64,000 bases of DNA. Origin: Chrysomallon squamiferum. Lineage: Eukaryota > Animalia > Mollusca. Below are positions 32,523 through 53,113 of the stretch, piece after piece. Each line of letters begins with the position of its first letter. Within the stretch, counting starts at the first letter, position 1. The DNA is taken from positions 1,922,001-1,986,000 of the forward strand of contig CM022674.1 of assembly GCA_012295275.1 (NCBI GenBank). The letters run 5' to 3'. The notes under the pieces are model-generated. The model worked only from the letters and a program-made list of their open reading frames with translations, was not told the origin of the DNA and searched no databases. The translations under genes were made by a program, and so were the position numbers.

Positions 32523-33139
32523 TTGCCAGTTTTCTGGATTTTCCTGATTTCCAGATGCTGGGTAAATTGTTCAGTACCTGTAATATATGATTATTTATGC
32601 TGCAAACAGTTAATGAAATATATAATATATATATATTTATTAAATATTCTTCTAACAAAATTTAAATCTTTTTCATTCATCAGTTCATTTATCCACCCAC
32701 CCGTCCATTCATCTGTCCATTAATCAATGTCTGTTTATTTATTTCAGGAGTAAACAAAAAAAAGTTTGACAAGGAGAGAATCCAGAGAATGTCGCCAGTG
32801 GTGAAATGGCTTAAACAGTTACCAAAGCAGTGGATGTCAATCCTTAACAGGAATCCAAGCAAACAGAAGTCATTAGCTGCAAAGTATTTCTCAAACTCAG
32901 ATCATCCTTGTAAGCCTAATAAAATAAGTAGTCATTTATCTGTTTTCATTTTAAAAAAAAAAAAAAAAAAGAAGAATATGGCAGTCTCATTAACAAACTA
33001 GTCATTCAGCTATCTTATGTTATTTGTCACACTTTATTAGTAGTGAAGGTTGGTGCATTAAAATAAACAAGTAAATATGTGCGTGATGTACACAGTTCAG
33101 GCCAAGTTGATATCTGTAGCAAGAGCTGTTTTCATAACC

Positions 33140-33945
33140 GGTGCTGTTTATAGTTAGTTACAGGATTTCACAGTGTTCGTAACAACATTTACTATAATGG
33201 TTATACTCGGTTTTCATAAGTATCTATTTGTAGAAACTGCTGTTCAGTATACACAGCTGATTCTGTCTACAGAAACTTGTTTACTATACTCTTACTGTCT
33301 CTGTTTATAGGAACTGTTACTCACTATACATTAGTGTTTGGCTATTTATAAGCACCGCTGCTATTTATAGAAACAACTGCTCATTATACACCAGTGGTCC
33401 CCAACATTTTTTGCTCCATGCCCCATCTCAACATCTAAAAAAAAAATGGTTATGTCCCCTTTTGATATAAAAACAAACTGAGTTTTGTGAAAGTGTAATT
33501 ACTGTAATATAAAGCAGAAATCTTTTAATTAAACAAAGCTAAAAATTGGCAGGTTCTGCCAGATTAACGATAACATATGTAGGTGAAATTAACTGGAAGT
33601 TTGGTTGTATTATATCACTTTCAAATTGCAACCCCGTTATATTCAAATGGCCCAATGTTGGGAATCACTAAGAACTACTGCCAGTATTTATAGAAACTGC
33701 TGGTCACTATACAGTACTGTGGCTATTTATAGAAACTGCTGGTCACTTTAAACTACTGCCAGTATTTATAGAAACTGCTGGTCACTATACAGTACTGAAG
33801 CTATTTATAGAAACTGCTGCTCAATATACACTGTGGCTGATTATAGAAAGTTGCTCATGTAAAAAAAAAGCTGTTGCTATTTATAGAAACTTCTGCTGAA
33901 TAGACACTACTGTGGCAGTTTATAGAAAGTGTGGCTCACACTCTA
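33140..33945. repeat. 39-bp minisatellite (core CTATTTATAGAAACTGCTGGTCACTATACA) interrupted by MITE
   Basis: TATTTATAGAAACTGCT recurs at 33685, 33724, 33763 and 33802 (39-bp period), with degenerate copies on both sides of the MITE. Confidence 0.85.
33392..33670. mobile_element. Non-autonomous hAT-like MITE
   Basis: Terminal inverted repeats CAGTGGTCCCCAAC ... GTTGGGAATCACTA, typical of hAT/Charlie-type ends; ~280 bp with no ORF; no clean 8-bp TSD. Confidence 0.6.
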
Positions 33946-35319
33946 TGTTTAGAGGAATGGCTAGCTTGGTGTAATGTATTCTGTTCTTTTCTTATTTTTA
34001 TACATCAGTGTATGTGTTAATATTGAGCCATAGTATGAATTCCACACATTGTAGATATATTTAGCTGTAGCAGCACCTGGGTTCCTTTCAGGACACAGAC
34101 AGGTTGCAGGTCACTGCTAGAGAACAGACCTGGAACATGGCAGGTTTTTTAATATCATCTCTCCTCAGTTTGACCTGTTTTGTTGCAATCTGGACATCAT
34201 AGATCTGTTTCTTCTAATAATAATTTTAAAATCTCTTAAAAACCTTTCCTTTCTATTTGTCTGTCTGATGCTTAACCATGTAAAATATATATATAGATAA
34301 GTGTGTGTGTGTGTGTGTATATATATCTTAGGTAAAGTAAATTTTTTGTCATTATCAAATAAAATATCTCTTACAAAGCAGTTGTAAGACTCCACTTGTG
34401 TATTTTGGTCTGTTATACATGTACAGAAATTGTGAAAAATCACTTCAAGGGATGTCACATCCTTTCATCCTTGTTGCCAGACACACAGGGTCATTGAACA
34501 ATGCACACACAGGTTTTTATCAATGAAGATTTGTTTGTCTTGTGTCGACACTGTAAAATAATTTGACTGCAAAAATGTGGCTGCATGACTGCAGTTTGAA
34601 ATGGTTAACCTATCTCAAGCTTTGTATTCGTTGTCCTAATGCAGCATGCAAGATGTTTGTTGTGAAGCTGGTGAATGTGTACCTGAAAGAACCAAGACTT
34701 TATGGCTCAAACGGTTAAATGATGTCCAAAGGAAAATTAAGTTACACATAAATACTTCGACCACCCAAATCCCAGCTGTTTACATTTTATATAGAATTAG
34801 ATTGACGGTTGATTCTGTGAGAAAAAGAAAAAAAAAAAAAAACAACGTGAAAATATCTAACACATAAACCCCATACTTATTTATTAATATTTACTACCAG
34901 TTCATGGTAGGCTCAGAAAATTAATTTTTGTTGAAGGTATTTTGACTTATGTAAGGGGAGTAACTCTGAAATGTTAAATGTCATTATGACAACAAGAGTT
35001 GTTATTCTCGCGTTTCAGCATAATTAAGTAAGATCTAGGTAGTAGTAGTAGTAGTAGTAGTAGTAGAAGCAGTGGCAGTGATACAAATAATATTACAAGC
35101 AGGAGCTGAATTAGTAGCCATATCAGTAGCAAAATAGTAGTTGCAGTAGTAAGAGTAGCAGCAGTATTGAAAACGACCACGTTGCAGGGAGGTCCCAGTC
35201 GAAGGTACGTGTAGAGGATTTCTAATTTTGAAGAATCAAGTTCTAATAAAATTCTACATCTGTTTAAAAAAACAAATCAAACCTTTCCCTTTTTTTTTTC
35301 GGATCGTGATTTTTCATGC

Positions 35320-35861
35320 TGTCTCTCACACAAAGGAGACGACGTTAACATAGTTACACAATCGGTGACGTACCGTACACAGTCACGTGACATAGAGGCA
35401 CACGCATATTTCGTTCTTCCTTCCTTCCTTCCTAAGTAGTTTTACATCCCAGCGTCGAGAAGAAGCACGCTTTACTAACAGAATCATGTGACGTTACGAT
35501 TTCCTAAGTACTCGCGCAACCGCGTAACCTTGACGACAGAACAAATTAATTACGGATGTAACATCTGGCGAACAAGGCGGCCAGAGAGAGAGAGACACGT
35601 AAAGGTCACGGAGGGAAATAGACCTCGGAATGTGTGTCAGTATTATTAACGTCTGCAGCGATTCAACATCGCTCGACACGCCCACGTCTCGTTACGGAAT
35701 TTGCCGATAGGGAACAAAGTATTCGTATTGTTAAGAATGTTGCGCACAAAAGTAGTACAGGCTTGTTGCGGCGAACTGATTGTTGTCATATGAATGCAAA
35801 ACGTGGCTCGTAATTCGTAGAAAACGTCCATTTACGGTTGGTCAGTTTACGGACTTTGCCG

Positions 35862-35886
<25 letters not shown>
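35320..35886 (+). promoter_or_regulatory. CpG-rich promoter region of CDA
   Basis: Dense CpG stretch immediately upstream of the first coding exon; GTCACGTGAC 35382-35391. Confidence 0.55.
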
Positions 35887-41709
<5,823 letters not shown>

Positions 41710-41926
41710 GCCGAAGTATGGCCGATATAGTTTTGATTTGTTTCATTATTATTTTTTTATTTTTCTGGAAAACTCGGTTTGTATTAACGATTCTGTAGCT
41801 GTTTTGTTGTTTCCTTTAAAACTGATTTGGATGCAGATGAACTGATGCAATGAGATTAACTATGCATAGATAAGTAAATAAATAAGTACATAAATACATA
41901 AATAACAAATTGAATAAATAAATGAA

Positions 41927-41957
<31 letters not shown>

Positions 41958-44213
41958 AATAATCAAGTTTTTTTTTCTTCCTGCCAACCCCAATACGTCC
42001 TGTCTGTCTGTACGTCTTTTTGTACGATTTTTTCTTTCTATCTTTTTTGTCTGTGAGTATGTTATACTGTCTGTCTATATTATCAGTTAATCCATTCATC
42101 AATTCATCTCCGCGGACTTTCAGTTCATCTGTACGTCTGTCAGTTTGTCTCCATTAGTTCATTCGTGTCCTGTAAACGTTATTTTGATTAATACGGTAAT
42201 TCAGGTTTTTTGTCGTGGGTGTTCTTGGTCAGACAAACTGTGTTCGTTAACAAGCAAGACACAGCAGTCCAGTATACCACGGCTACAACGTCGGGGATGT
42301 CCTGTCAACTTTAGCTACTTTACAGTTCACGATGATGATGATGATGATGTCGTTGCTTTAACGTTTTATTTGTTTGTTTGTTTGTTTAATTTAATTTAGT
42401 TTTATTTAATAAATTTAATTAAATTTAATTTATTTAATTTATTTATTTATTTTTATTTATTTTTTTATTTTTATTAATTTTTTTTTTGTTTTTGTTTGTT
42501 TATTTTATTATATTTTTTTATTTTTATTTTTTTATTAATGTTTGGTTGTTTTTTGGTTGTTTATATGTTTATTTTATTATATATTTTATTTTTTTATTTT
42601 ATGAAGATAAACATAGACATAAATGATTTATTTATGTAAGTGCACACTTTTCACAGTGCCTTATACTATATGTTTGTATGTACCTGTTTGAACTTACCCA
42701 ATGAGTGAGAAAAAAGAAAAAAAAGTAATAATAAAGAAAGAAATAGAAAAAAGATTAGAAAAGAAAAAAATAATAATAAAGAAATGGAGATGGTAAACAG
42801 AAGTTCCAGAACATTTTTACGCACGTGCTTCGCTGTTTTCATTAACAAACTTATCTGTTATTGTTTATTTCTTTTTAATACAAAATAATTTTAATAATTT
42901 TATTTATTTGGTTAACTGTTTGCTGTAAATAAAACTAATTTTGAATCAATTCTGTGTTGTATATTAATTAAATTTTCTTCTTCTTCTTTTACTTTTTCTT
43001 TTCTTTTTTGAACTATAACAGAAATGAACACATTTAGAAACGTACATATGCACATACGTACATGCATGTGAATACATACCAACATATATACAAAAGAACA
43101 GACGCGCACACATAAGTACAGGTATATTTAAACATACATATAATTGTTTTGAGATTATCTTCCATAATCCTCTGATATAACGTTCTATTAAATACCAGTA
43201 ACTGTTTCAAATTGCATAAAATTTTACGACGAAACAACACATTATTTCAAATCGAATACAATCCAGTAGAAAATTCAATAACATTTGACCATCTCCGTCA
43301 AATGACTAAGTATGTAGTTTCGAGAACCGAGAATCGCAGGCTACAGTAATTATATTACGTCATTACAATGGTGTGACGTCATTTATAATGGCTAAAATCC
43401 GATCGATTATTAGTCGTTTCGATAAACCGTTTTAATCGGCCAAATAACTGGAACAAAGGCTTTGTAACTGTAATTTACACAAATAAGTCTTAATGAATCC
43501 TGCAGAGAAAAGCCTTCTTAGGTATAATCTATAAAATTAGTTAATTAACATAAATTAAATATGGCGGTTTTAGCCATCGTAAGTCGATCAGTTCGTGCTT
43601 TTCGAGGCTTTGGTGACCCGAGGTTCCACTCTGTGTGTGTGTGTGCGTGTGTGTGTGCGTGTGTGTGTGTGTATGTGCATGTATGTATGTATGATTTATG
43701 TACGTATGTATGTATGTAGGAAGAAAGGAAGAGATTATCCGATGGATGAATTCGTTTCTTCTCACAGCCAAAAGAACATACATTTATGTGATGTGTTATC
43801 TACATTTCATCAATAAATCATGTTGTCAAAACAGATACTTTTCTGTTTATTCTATTTTATTGCTCGTCTGGTATTTATTTCCTAAACACAAACGTCCCAG
43901 AGTCAACAAGAACAATTTTCAATCGCTCACAAGAACCAATAAAGCATTCGAAATTACAGAAGTGTGCAATTATGATAATTTATGTGACGTAATAATGCGA
44001 CCCGCGACAAGTGTAACAGTTTTTGAACACAAAGGAAAGTTTCCGTATAAATCACCTGGACTGAGATAAGTGGTTTGGACAGAGTGTTATGTAACAGACA
44101 TGATCACACGTTGAAATGATTTATTTTCTGCGGGTTACCTTGTAGCACATGGTTTTCCATTTCTGGTATATGCCTTTAAAAAAACAAAACAAAAAACAGA
44201 CTTTTTGTTACTG

Positions 44214-44252
<39 letters not shown>

Positions 44253-44628
44253 TTTGTTTTTGTTTTGGTTGTTTTGTTTGTGTGTGCGTGCGTCTGTGTG
44301 TGTCAGTTTCTCCGCACCAAAAGGGTAATAAAAAAAAACAGCACCTCTGGGCAACTAAATATATATTTTTCCCGTTCTAATATCTAGTACTAATTTCATC
44401 GTATTTAAAAGCGGTTCCAAAGTAAAGAATCTGTTTCGCTGCTTTTGTCATGAACACGGTCGTCGCTGCACGTTTTGATGCTGTTGCTGAATTTGCAAAC
44501 GGAGAACATCACGTACGACGCCAGTTAACATTATCAGTTATGGAAATCGTTTTGGTGTACGGTAACCAGCGGAACGAGCACTGTTTTAATACACACGCTG
44601 GTTTCAGTTTGGCTCAGAAAGTTCGCGG

Positions 44629-45064
44629 ATGATGGCGGATGCAGAAGAAATCCTCTCTCAGCTGAAGCAGTACGACATTTCTTTTGAAAATATTGTATTT
44701 GAAGGTGGAGGTGCCAAAGGGACTGCGTATATCGGAGTACTGGAGGTTATTTTTTAAATTTACTCAGTTAGTTAGTTAGTAAGTTAGCAAGTGTTTTTTT
44801 TTTTTTTTTTTTAACTCTTCATTTCGTAATAATAATAATAATAGTAATAATAATAGAAATAATAATAATAATAATAACAGTAACAGTGTCATTATTATTA
44901 TTATTATTAGTTGTAGTAGTAGTGGTAGTAGTAGTTGTAGCAGTAGAAGTAATGCTGTCATTTTTCTAATTATTAACGACAGTTCAAATAAAAGTTTCTC
45001 AAATGTATATTTATATAATGATAACGTTAATGATGATGGCAATAACCGCATAGAAACAAACACA

Positions 45065-45141
<77 letters not shown>

Positions 45142-46033
45142 AGACAGACAGAGAGAGACAGAGAGAGATAGAGATAGAGATAGAGTGAGAGACAGAGACA
45201 GAGAGAAAGAGAAAGACAGAGACAGAGAGAGACAGAGAGAAAAACAGAGACAGAGAGAGACAGACAAAGAGATACACAGAGAGAGAGAGACAGAGAGAGA
45301 GAGAGATTTACTATCAACATCTGTTTCAGGTTTTTGAGGAGCTTGGTTTCTATGGTCAGTTTAGGAGATTCGGAGGAGTCAGCATAGGAGCCGTGTTTGC
45401 TACGCTAATGGCGATTGGCCTGACACCAAGAGAAATGAAGAATACAGTTGACCAACTGAGCTCAGAATCATTTCTGGGTAAGTTAGTCACGACAGCCCAT
45501 ACCACAGCGTTTGTGTTAACCCCTTCTAGTTTGTAACCTAAATATATATAAATGAATATATATACACACAAATTAAGAGACTGTTTCAAACACCGTTGTA
45601 GATGCGTCCTGCGGTCTGTGCTCATTGCTTCCAAATCTCATCTTCAGCTTCGGTTGGCATTCAGGCAGAAAGTTCCAGAAGTATCTCGAATCGGAAATAG
45701 AGAAAAGGCTCGGATGCAAGACGCTGACGTTTGAACAGGTTTTGTAGGAAATTATTTTGAAAACATATGTGTGTATGTCTGTGTGTGTGTCTGTGTATGT
45801 GTGTGTGTGCGTGCGTGTGTGTGTGTGTGTATGAGCGAGCACTGATATATATACAGAGAGATATACAGCGTGGAATAATGTGCTGTATAATAATAATAAA
45901 AACAACAACAACAATAATAACAATAATATTAGTAGTAATAATAATAATGTATATAAAAATAGATATACCGACGGACAGTTAGACAGATACATGTTCACAC
46001 ATACAGAAAGACAGAGAAACAGACATACAGCTG

Positions 46034-46130
<97 letters not shown>

Positions 46131-46507
46131 AAAGATCTATATTTTATTTTACTATTTTTCAGCTGTTTGAAGATTACGACAAGGAACTGTGCGTTGTTGT
46201 AGCCAACTTGTCAAGAGCCAACGTCGAGTACTTCCACCCCAAAACGACGCCAAAATTCTCTGTCGCGGAGGCTGTAGCGATGTCGTATTCCATCCCAGGT
46301 AACCACGGAGTCGTCACCGTATCCCATTCATTCGACAAATGTAGCGTAATTTGTACAGAAGCAAAAACAGTCTAACTATGCGATTGTGTTAGTGGTTAAC
46401 AAGTTTTACTAATAATAAAGTCTGACATGTCTACGAATATTTTTCGTGTAAGTAAATGCCTGTGAATCCTGACTTTCAGTTCGGGAATTCATAGTCGATG
46501 TATCACG

Positions 46508-46582
<75 letters not shown>

Positions 46583-47292
46583 TACACACACACACGCACG
46601 CACACACACACAAACACACACACGAGTAATATTTCAAGAAATATCAAACTCAATGACGTCACGAGAACACCTGACGCAAAATGACACACTCATCAAATCA
46701 AATTTTGCATATGCATGTACTTTATCGTTAATAAAGTATAGATTCCGCGATTAATATTATGTCAAAGTATCCAAAATATGTAGATGCTCTACGCTTCACT
46801 GACAAAAAGGTAATGATAAGTACATATGACAATGAAGAAAGTGTCACGTGATTACATGTTCCCTCTAGCGGTGGTTTTCAATTTCAGTGATCATGAAACC
46901 CAGGAAATCGAGAGTGAACGGGAGAGAGGAATATTTCGTTGACGGAGGAATCCTCAACAATTTCCCCATCAACTGCTTTGACGGTAAGAGTAAAAATAAT
47001 ACACATATTTTCAAACATTCGTTCCCAAACATCTACTCAAACTATTACTACCATTGCAACTACTGCAGTCACTAGTGTTAATTCAGCAACAACAGCTGTA
47101 ACTACTACTACAAATACAATCATTAGTATCATTACTCCTACCAAACTTCTATTACTACTACTACTACTACTACTGCTACTACTGTTGCTGCTGCTACTAC
47201 TACTTCCACCCCCATTATTATTATTATCGTTGTTGTTGTTGTTTTTGTTGTTATCGTTAATATTATTAATATTATTATCGTTACTGTTGTTG

Positions 47293-47332
<40 letters not shown>

Positions 47333-47634
47333 AGGCTGGTATTTAAGTATGGAGACCGAACACTCGTTTCTTCATCATGAAGATGACAGTGGCAGAGAAA
47401 ACTGGTTCAAACCTCTGTCCAGCGGGATTGAGAAAAAAACAGTTGGAATTCTCGTGGTATGTGCTGTTGGTTTTTTTTTTGATATTTTTTTTTTTTTTTT
47501 TTCAAAAATAAACTTTAAAATACAATTTAAAAATTATTTACAGCTTTTTATGTTTTATACATTATGCACAAAATAAAACTTAAACTCGTTTATTTAAGGA
47601 TATTAATTTCTCGCTATGTTTAAGGTTATTCTCT

Positions 47635-47681
<47 letters not shown>

Positions 47682-48753
47682 TTTGCTTATTTACTTATTT
47701 ATTTATTTGTATTTGTTTCTTTGTTTCATAATTCTTTATTTTATATTGTTTTATTTTATTTTATTTATTTATTTGTTTTTTATTTATTTTATTTCATCTT
47801 ATCTTATTTTATCTTATTTTATTTTTATTTATTTTATCTTCTTTTATCTTATTTTATTTATTCATGTATCACTATTTGAGGACGATGGTTTAAATATTTT
47901 CCGTTTAGTATTCATCTAACGAACAAGAAATTTTCAGACGACAATTCCAGCGAAGAATCAAAGATTATCCAATGAACAGGCCCGATACAAAACTCACCAG
48001 GTAAATAAATATTTTAGGTTAATCAAAATAAACCAATCACAGATTCTGGTGTAAAACAGAATGCAGACATTTACAATCTAATCACAGACATGACAGAAAG
48101 AATAATAATAAGAAAAAAATAAAATAAAAAATATTACAAAGAAAAGAAAAGATAAATAGCTTTGTGTATGTATGTGTGTGTGTGTGTGTGTGTCATTGTA
48201 TTTGTGAACTAATTCTCGTTCCGGTCAGTGCTCTTCGACTGTCTAATCAAAGGTTGCGCTTTGCTGTTCAGGGGAAGGTACATACTAAATATATCTTCTT
48301 GCTAACTCGCGACAGTAGACCATGGCGGAAGCGGATTTCTGTTCTGATATCATTATTTACAATTCAACATTCACAAACATAACAAAATATCTTGAGTTTA
48401 TCGTTAAATAAACATTCATTCTTCAATTAATTCATTCATCGCTCTTCGTTTACTCATTTATTTATCCACTCCCTCTTTCTCTCTAAATCTGCGACTCACC
48501 ACACGCGCTTTTCCATTTGTGAACGTTCTTTGTGAATAAGCCACAAAGAAATCAAAAAAGGCAGATCTAATATCTAAGTACACTTTAATTTCAGTTTTGT
48601 TATCATCTTAGGACAAATATTTACCCACATGTCTCAGTCTTACCTTTTTTTTTTTTTTTATTGCATTCATTTATCGCTTTACTTTGTATGTAATCAGCAA
48701 ACACTGCTTAGATATTCTGTGACCGTCTACATGAAAAGGTACTATAAGGCGGC

Positions 48754-48815
<62 letters not shown>

Positions 48816-48865
48816 TGATGATGATGATGATGATAATGATGAAGATGATGATGATGATGATGGTG

Positions 48866-48964
<99 letters not shown>

Positions 48965-48976
48965 GTGATGGTGATG

Positions 48977-49030
<54 letters not shown>

Positions 49031-49218
49031 GTAACAACAAATGAAGAATAAATATCTTAGTACCAAAATAGTACTAGTAATACTTGAAATAGGGTAGTAG
49101 TAGTAGTAGTTGCAGTGATAGCAGTAGTAGTAGTATGAGTATTATTATTAGTAGTAGTAGTATTCTAACCATGGGAACCTATAGCCGGAAGTTCAACACT
49201 TTTTTAGTTTTGTTGATC

Positions 49219-49259
<41 letters not shown>

Positions 49260-49550
49260 AATTAAATAAATAAACAAACAAACAAAACAAAATAAAACAA
49301 AATAAAATAAAATCTTTAAATAAAATAAAGATAAAGAAATATCATGTATTGACTTCATACATGCTGTGATGGTGCGGGTCATATATTGATAAAGTTTTGT
49401 TCTCTAAAAGATTTTTGTTTTCTTCTTATCAAAGCCGATCAATAAATGTAACCAAGACAACAGTCTCAGTTTATCTGACTATGTGTAAATGTGACTAAAC
49501 TGAAGACAACTTTAACCGTTAGATACAACCTTTTTGTTTATATATTTATT

Positions 49551-49593
<43 letters not shown>

Positions 49594-50045
49594 ATTATTA
49601 TTATTTATTATTATTATTATTATTATTATCATTATTATTATTATTATAATTATTATTACTATTATTATTATTGTTATTAATATTATTATTATTATTATTA
49701 TTATTATTATCATTATTATTACTATTATTATTATTATTACAGGAAGCGAAGTCACGACCTGGACAAGTTACAGTCTGACCTCGAGGCTCAAAGCAAGGTC
49801 AAGGTCGCAGCTCGTCGCCTTCTGACGTGTCTGAAGTCGATAAAACTCGACGACAGCGTCACCATCAGCAAAGATCAAATGATGGCAGCGTTGACGGTAT
49901 TTCAGACAACGGACATACAGACGTTTATTAAAATCACACAGATAAATATTTTAAAAAGAAAAAGAAGAAGAAAAATAACAACACCCAAAACACATAATTA
50001 AAAAGTGTTATGCGAGATTACACCTTTAATAAAGGACATTCTTAC

Positions 50046-50108
<63 letters not shown>

Positions 50109-50561
50109 CTATCAATCTATCTATATATATATATAAAACTCACAAACAAAATAAAAACACCTATATTTATTTTATTCTATTTTCAGAATGGGTCTTTCTC
50201 CAAAGACGATTATACAGTTTTGTTCGGCAATACAAGTCCTAGCACAGTTTTTGATGAGATTGATGTTTCCTCCAAGGGTTTTGTAAGTTCTTTTTCTTTG
50301 TGTTATCTTTCCCACCACCCAGGTATTCATTAAAGAGTCGGTGAAAAAGAAATAATGAGTCATATAGTCGTTATTACAGTGCACAGGGTATTTCATTTTT
50401 GTATATAATTATCATCTGTGTTTATAAATTTCTACTTAAAAACTATCTCGTAAGATACTGTATCATTGTTTGTTTCTCTGTGTTTCTAAACATGTGTGTT
50501 ATCTATCTATCTGTCTATCTATCTATCTATCTATATGTGTATCTGACTGTCTATCTATCTA

Positions 50562-50594
<33 letters not shown>

Positions 50595-50595
50595 A

Positions 50596-50636
<41 letters not shown>

Positions 50637-52135
50637 GTCTGTCTATCTATCTATCTATATCTATATATGTACAAGTGGATGTATCTACCTGATTATGCAT
50701 ATATCATTTTGTGTGTATGTGTGTGCGTTTATGTGTGTGTCTGTGCGCGCGTGTGTATGTGCCTGTCTGTGCGTGCGTGCGTGCGTGTGCGTGCGAGCGT
50801 GTATATATGTGTCTCTGTTTGTATGTGTGTCTGTGTGCGTGAGTAAAATAACATTAACCTTGACAAAGACCAAAACAAAACCACACACACGCGTCAGAGA
50901 AGATTTCATAATCATCTCACTTCTAGATTTCAGTGCACGCGCTCGTGTCGCATTTCTCGTCCAGTGGGTTCCCCATCCACTACGACGTCTGCGCCAACGA
51001 CTCCCGCAGCGTCTCCAGCCTGCCGCAGTACGCCGTGTCCATCATCGACGCCATCTTGTCGAAACAAAAAGAATTCACGACGAAGGTTGGAAACAAACGC
51101 ATTTCGTGTCTTTCTGCAACGTCAGCTTGTCACGTTTCGCTACGATAGACTAGATCAAACAGGTTGTAGGCTAAATGGATCTTGCAGTTTCGTAGGCAAA
51201 TTAGAACTAATACAGACAAAAAGTAGGCAGTTTTCTTATGGGGAAGGAGTGTAGGCAAAGAGGGTAGACTACTGTCTTGTGCGCAAAGTCTACTGTTGGC
51301 GAATCGAAAGGATGTAGGAAATTTTTAGATATTTTTGAGCGAAATGTGTTTTTGGCCAAATTGGATTTACTATAAATATAACAAAAACTATTAGAAATCT
51401 TGTAAATATTTATAGAATGTTTTTTTTTTTAGAAATCTTGCTGGCAGATTTGGAAATGTATGAACATTTTTAGGAAGTAGACGTATCAGAAAGGCTATAG
51501 ACAGTGTTAATTTTAACTGCCCAAATTACTAATTTATTCATTTGTCTTGTCTACGTTATTCATTTGTCTTGTCTACGTTATTTCAAATGCTTTTAATTTC
51601 CATTCATTTTAGGGCACGGATATTAAACGTACCATAGGAATAAACTGCGACTACGTTGCCACTGCTGATGATCTTGAGGACGCCGACGTCGATTTTCTAG
51701 TAGCAGTAAATTTCTTTATTTCTTTATCGTCATCATTTGGTTGTTGTCGTTGATGTTGTTCTGTTGCGTTCTCATTGAAACGGTTTTCTTATTTGTTATT
51801 CTAACCGTTTCGCGTTTTTCTTCTTCATTATTGTTACTACTACTAAAACTATTATTACTACTACTACTGCTACTACTTCTATTATTATTATACTACTACT
51901 ATTACTACTTCTGTTATTACTGCTACCACTTTTACTACTACGTCTACTGCTGCTGCTGCTACCACTTTTACTACTACGTCTACTGCTGCTGCTGCTACAA
52001 CTACTACTACTAGTACTATTTATTTATTTATTTTATTATTATTTTCAGCAAGGACGCTATTCAGCGATATCATTCTTAAAAGAGTTTGTCAGTGATGGTA
52101 ATGCCGACAGAACGAAAAAACATGCTTGGAGTTAA
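44629..52135 (+). CDS. Patatin-like phospholipase (bacterial ExoU/VipD/YqhO-type) with degenerate EF-hand-like insert, 12 coding exons, ~478 aa
   Basis: Exons 44629-44745 ([21 protein letters not shown] oxyanion loop), 45330-45477 (GVSIG nucleophile GxSxG), 45602-45738, 46163-46298 (AVAMSYSIP), 46888-46983 ([12 protein letters not shown] catalytic DGG), 47335-47456, 47909-48000, 49743-49896, 50187-50282, 50927-51085, 51613-51705, 52049-52135 (stop). Every junction is GT-AG with matching phase, total 1437 nt. An in-frame acceptor at 44607 may indicate a further upstream exon. Confidence 0.9.
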
Positions 52136-52445
52136 TGAACGTTAAGTCACATGATAATCCACGCACGTGCATTTACGTCACGTGACGACAGAGTCACGTG
52201 GTAGGGGAACCGAGAGCACAGTTCAGACTGGTATTCGTTTTAATAATCATCGTTTCTGTATAATGTGATGACATCCAGAAATGTATGCATATGTTTGCAT
52301 TTGTATACGTGTGTGCGTGTGCGTGCGTGTATGGTGTGCGTTATCCAGTGTGTTTGCTCACCTATGTCACAAAAGTTGACTATGTTCACTTACACACACG
52401 TATCAAACTGATAAAATAATATATATATATATATATATATATAAT

Positions 52446-52682
<237 letters not shown>

Positions 52683-53006
52683 CACTGGCTTTACTGTGGC
52701 TATTCAGGAATGCAATAAATTATCACAACGTCACGTGACACGCTCAATTAAGGATCACAGATTTGTGTTTCATCTAACATTCCGCGGTTGCTGTTCACCG
52801 GATCAACATAATCGTCTGATGAATAATAAATTTAGACTTCAAATGTCTGACAGAAACGTATCACACTTGTCACACCAGTTATTGATCACAGAGCCATAAA
52901 TATGTGTGTATATGTATGTGTGTATATGCATATATCTCTATATCTATACCTATATCTATATCTATATCTATATATATATCTATATCTATATCTATCTATC
53001 TATATA

Positions 53007-53113
<107 letters not shown>

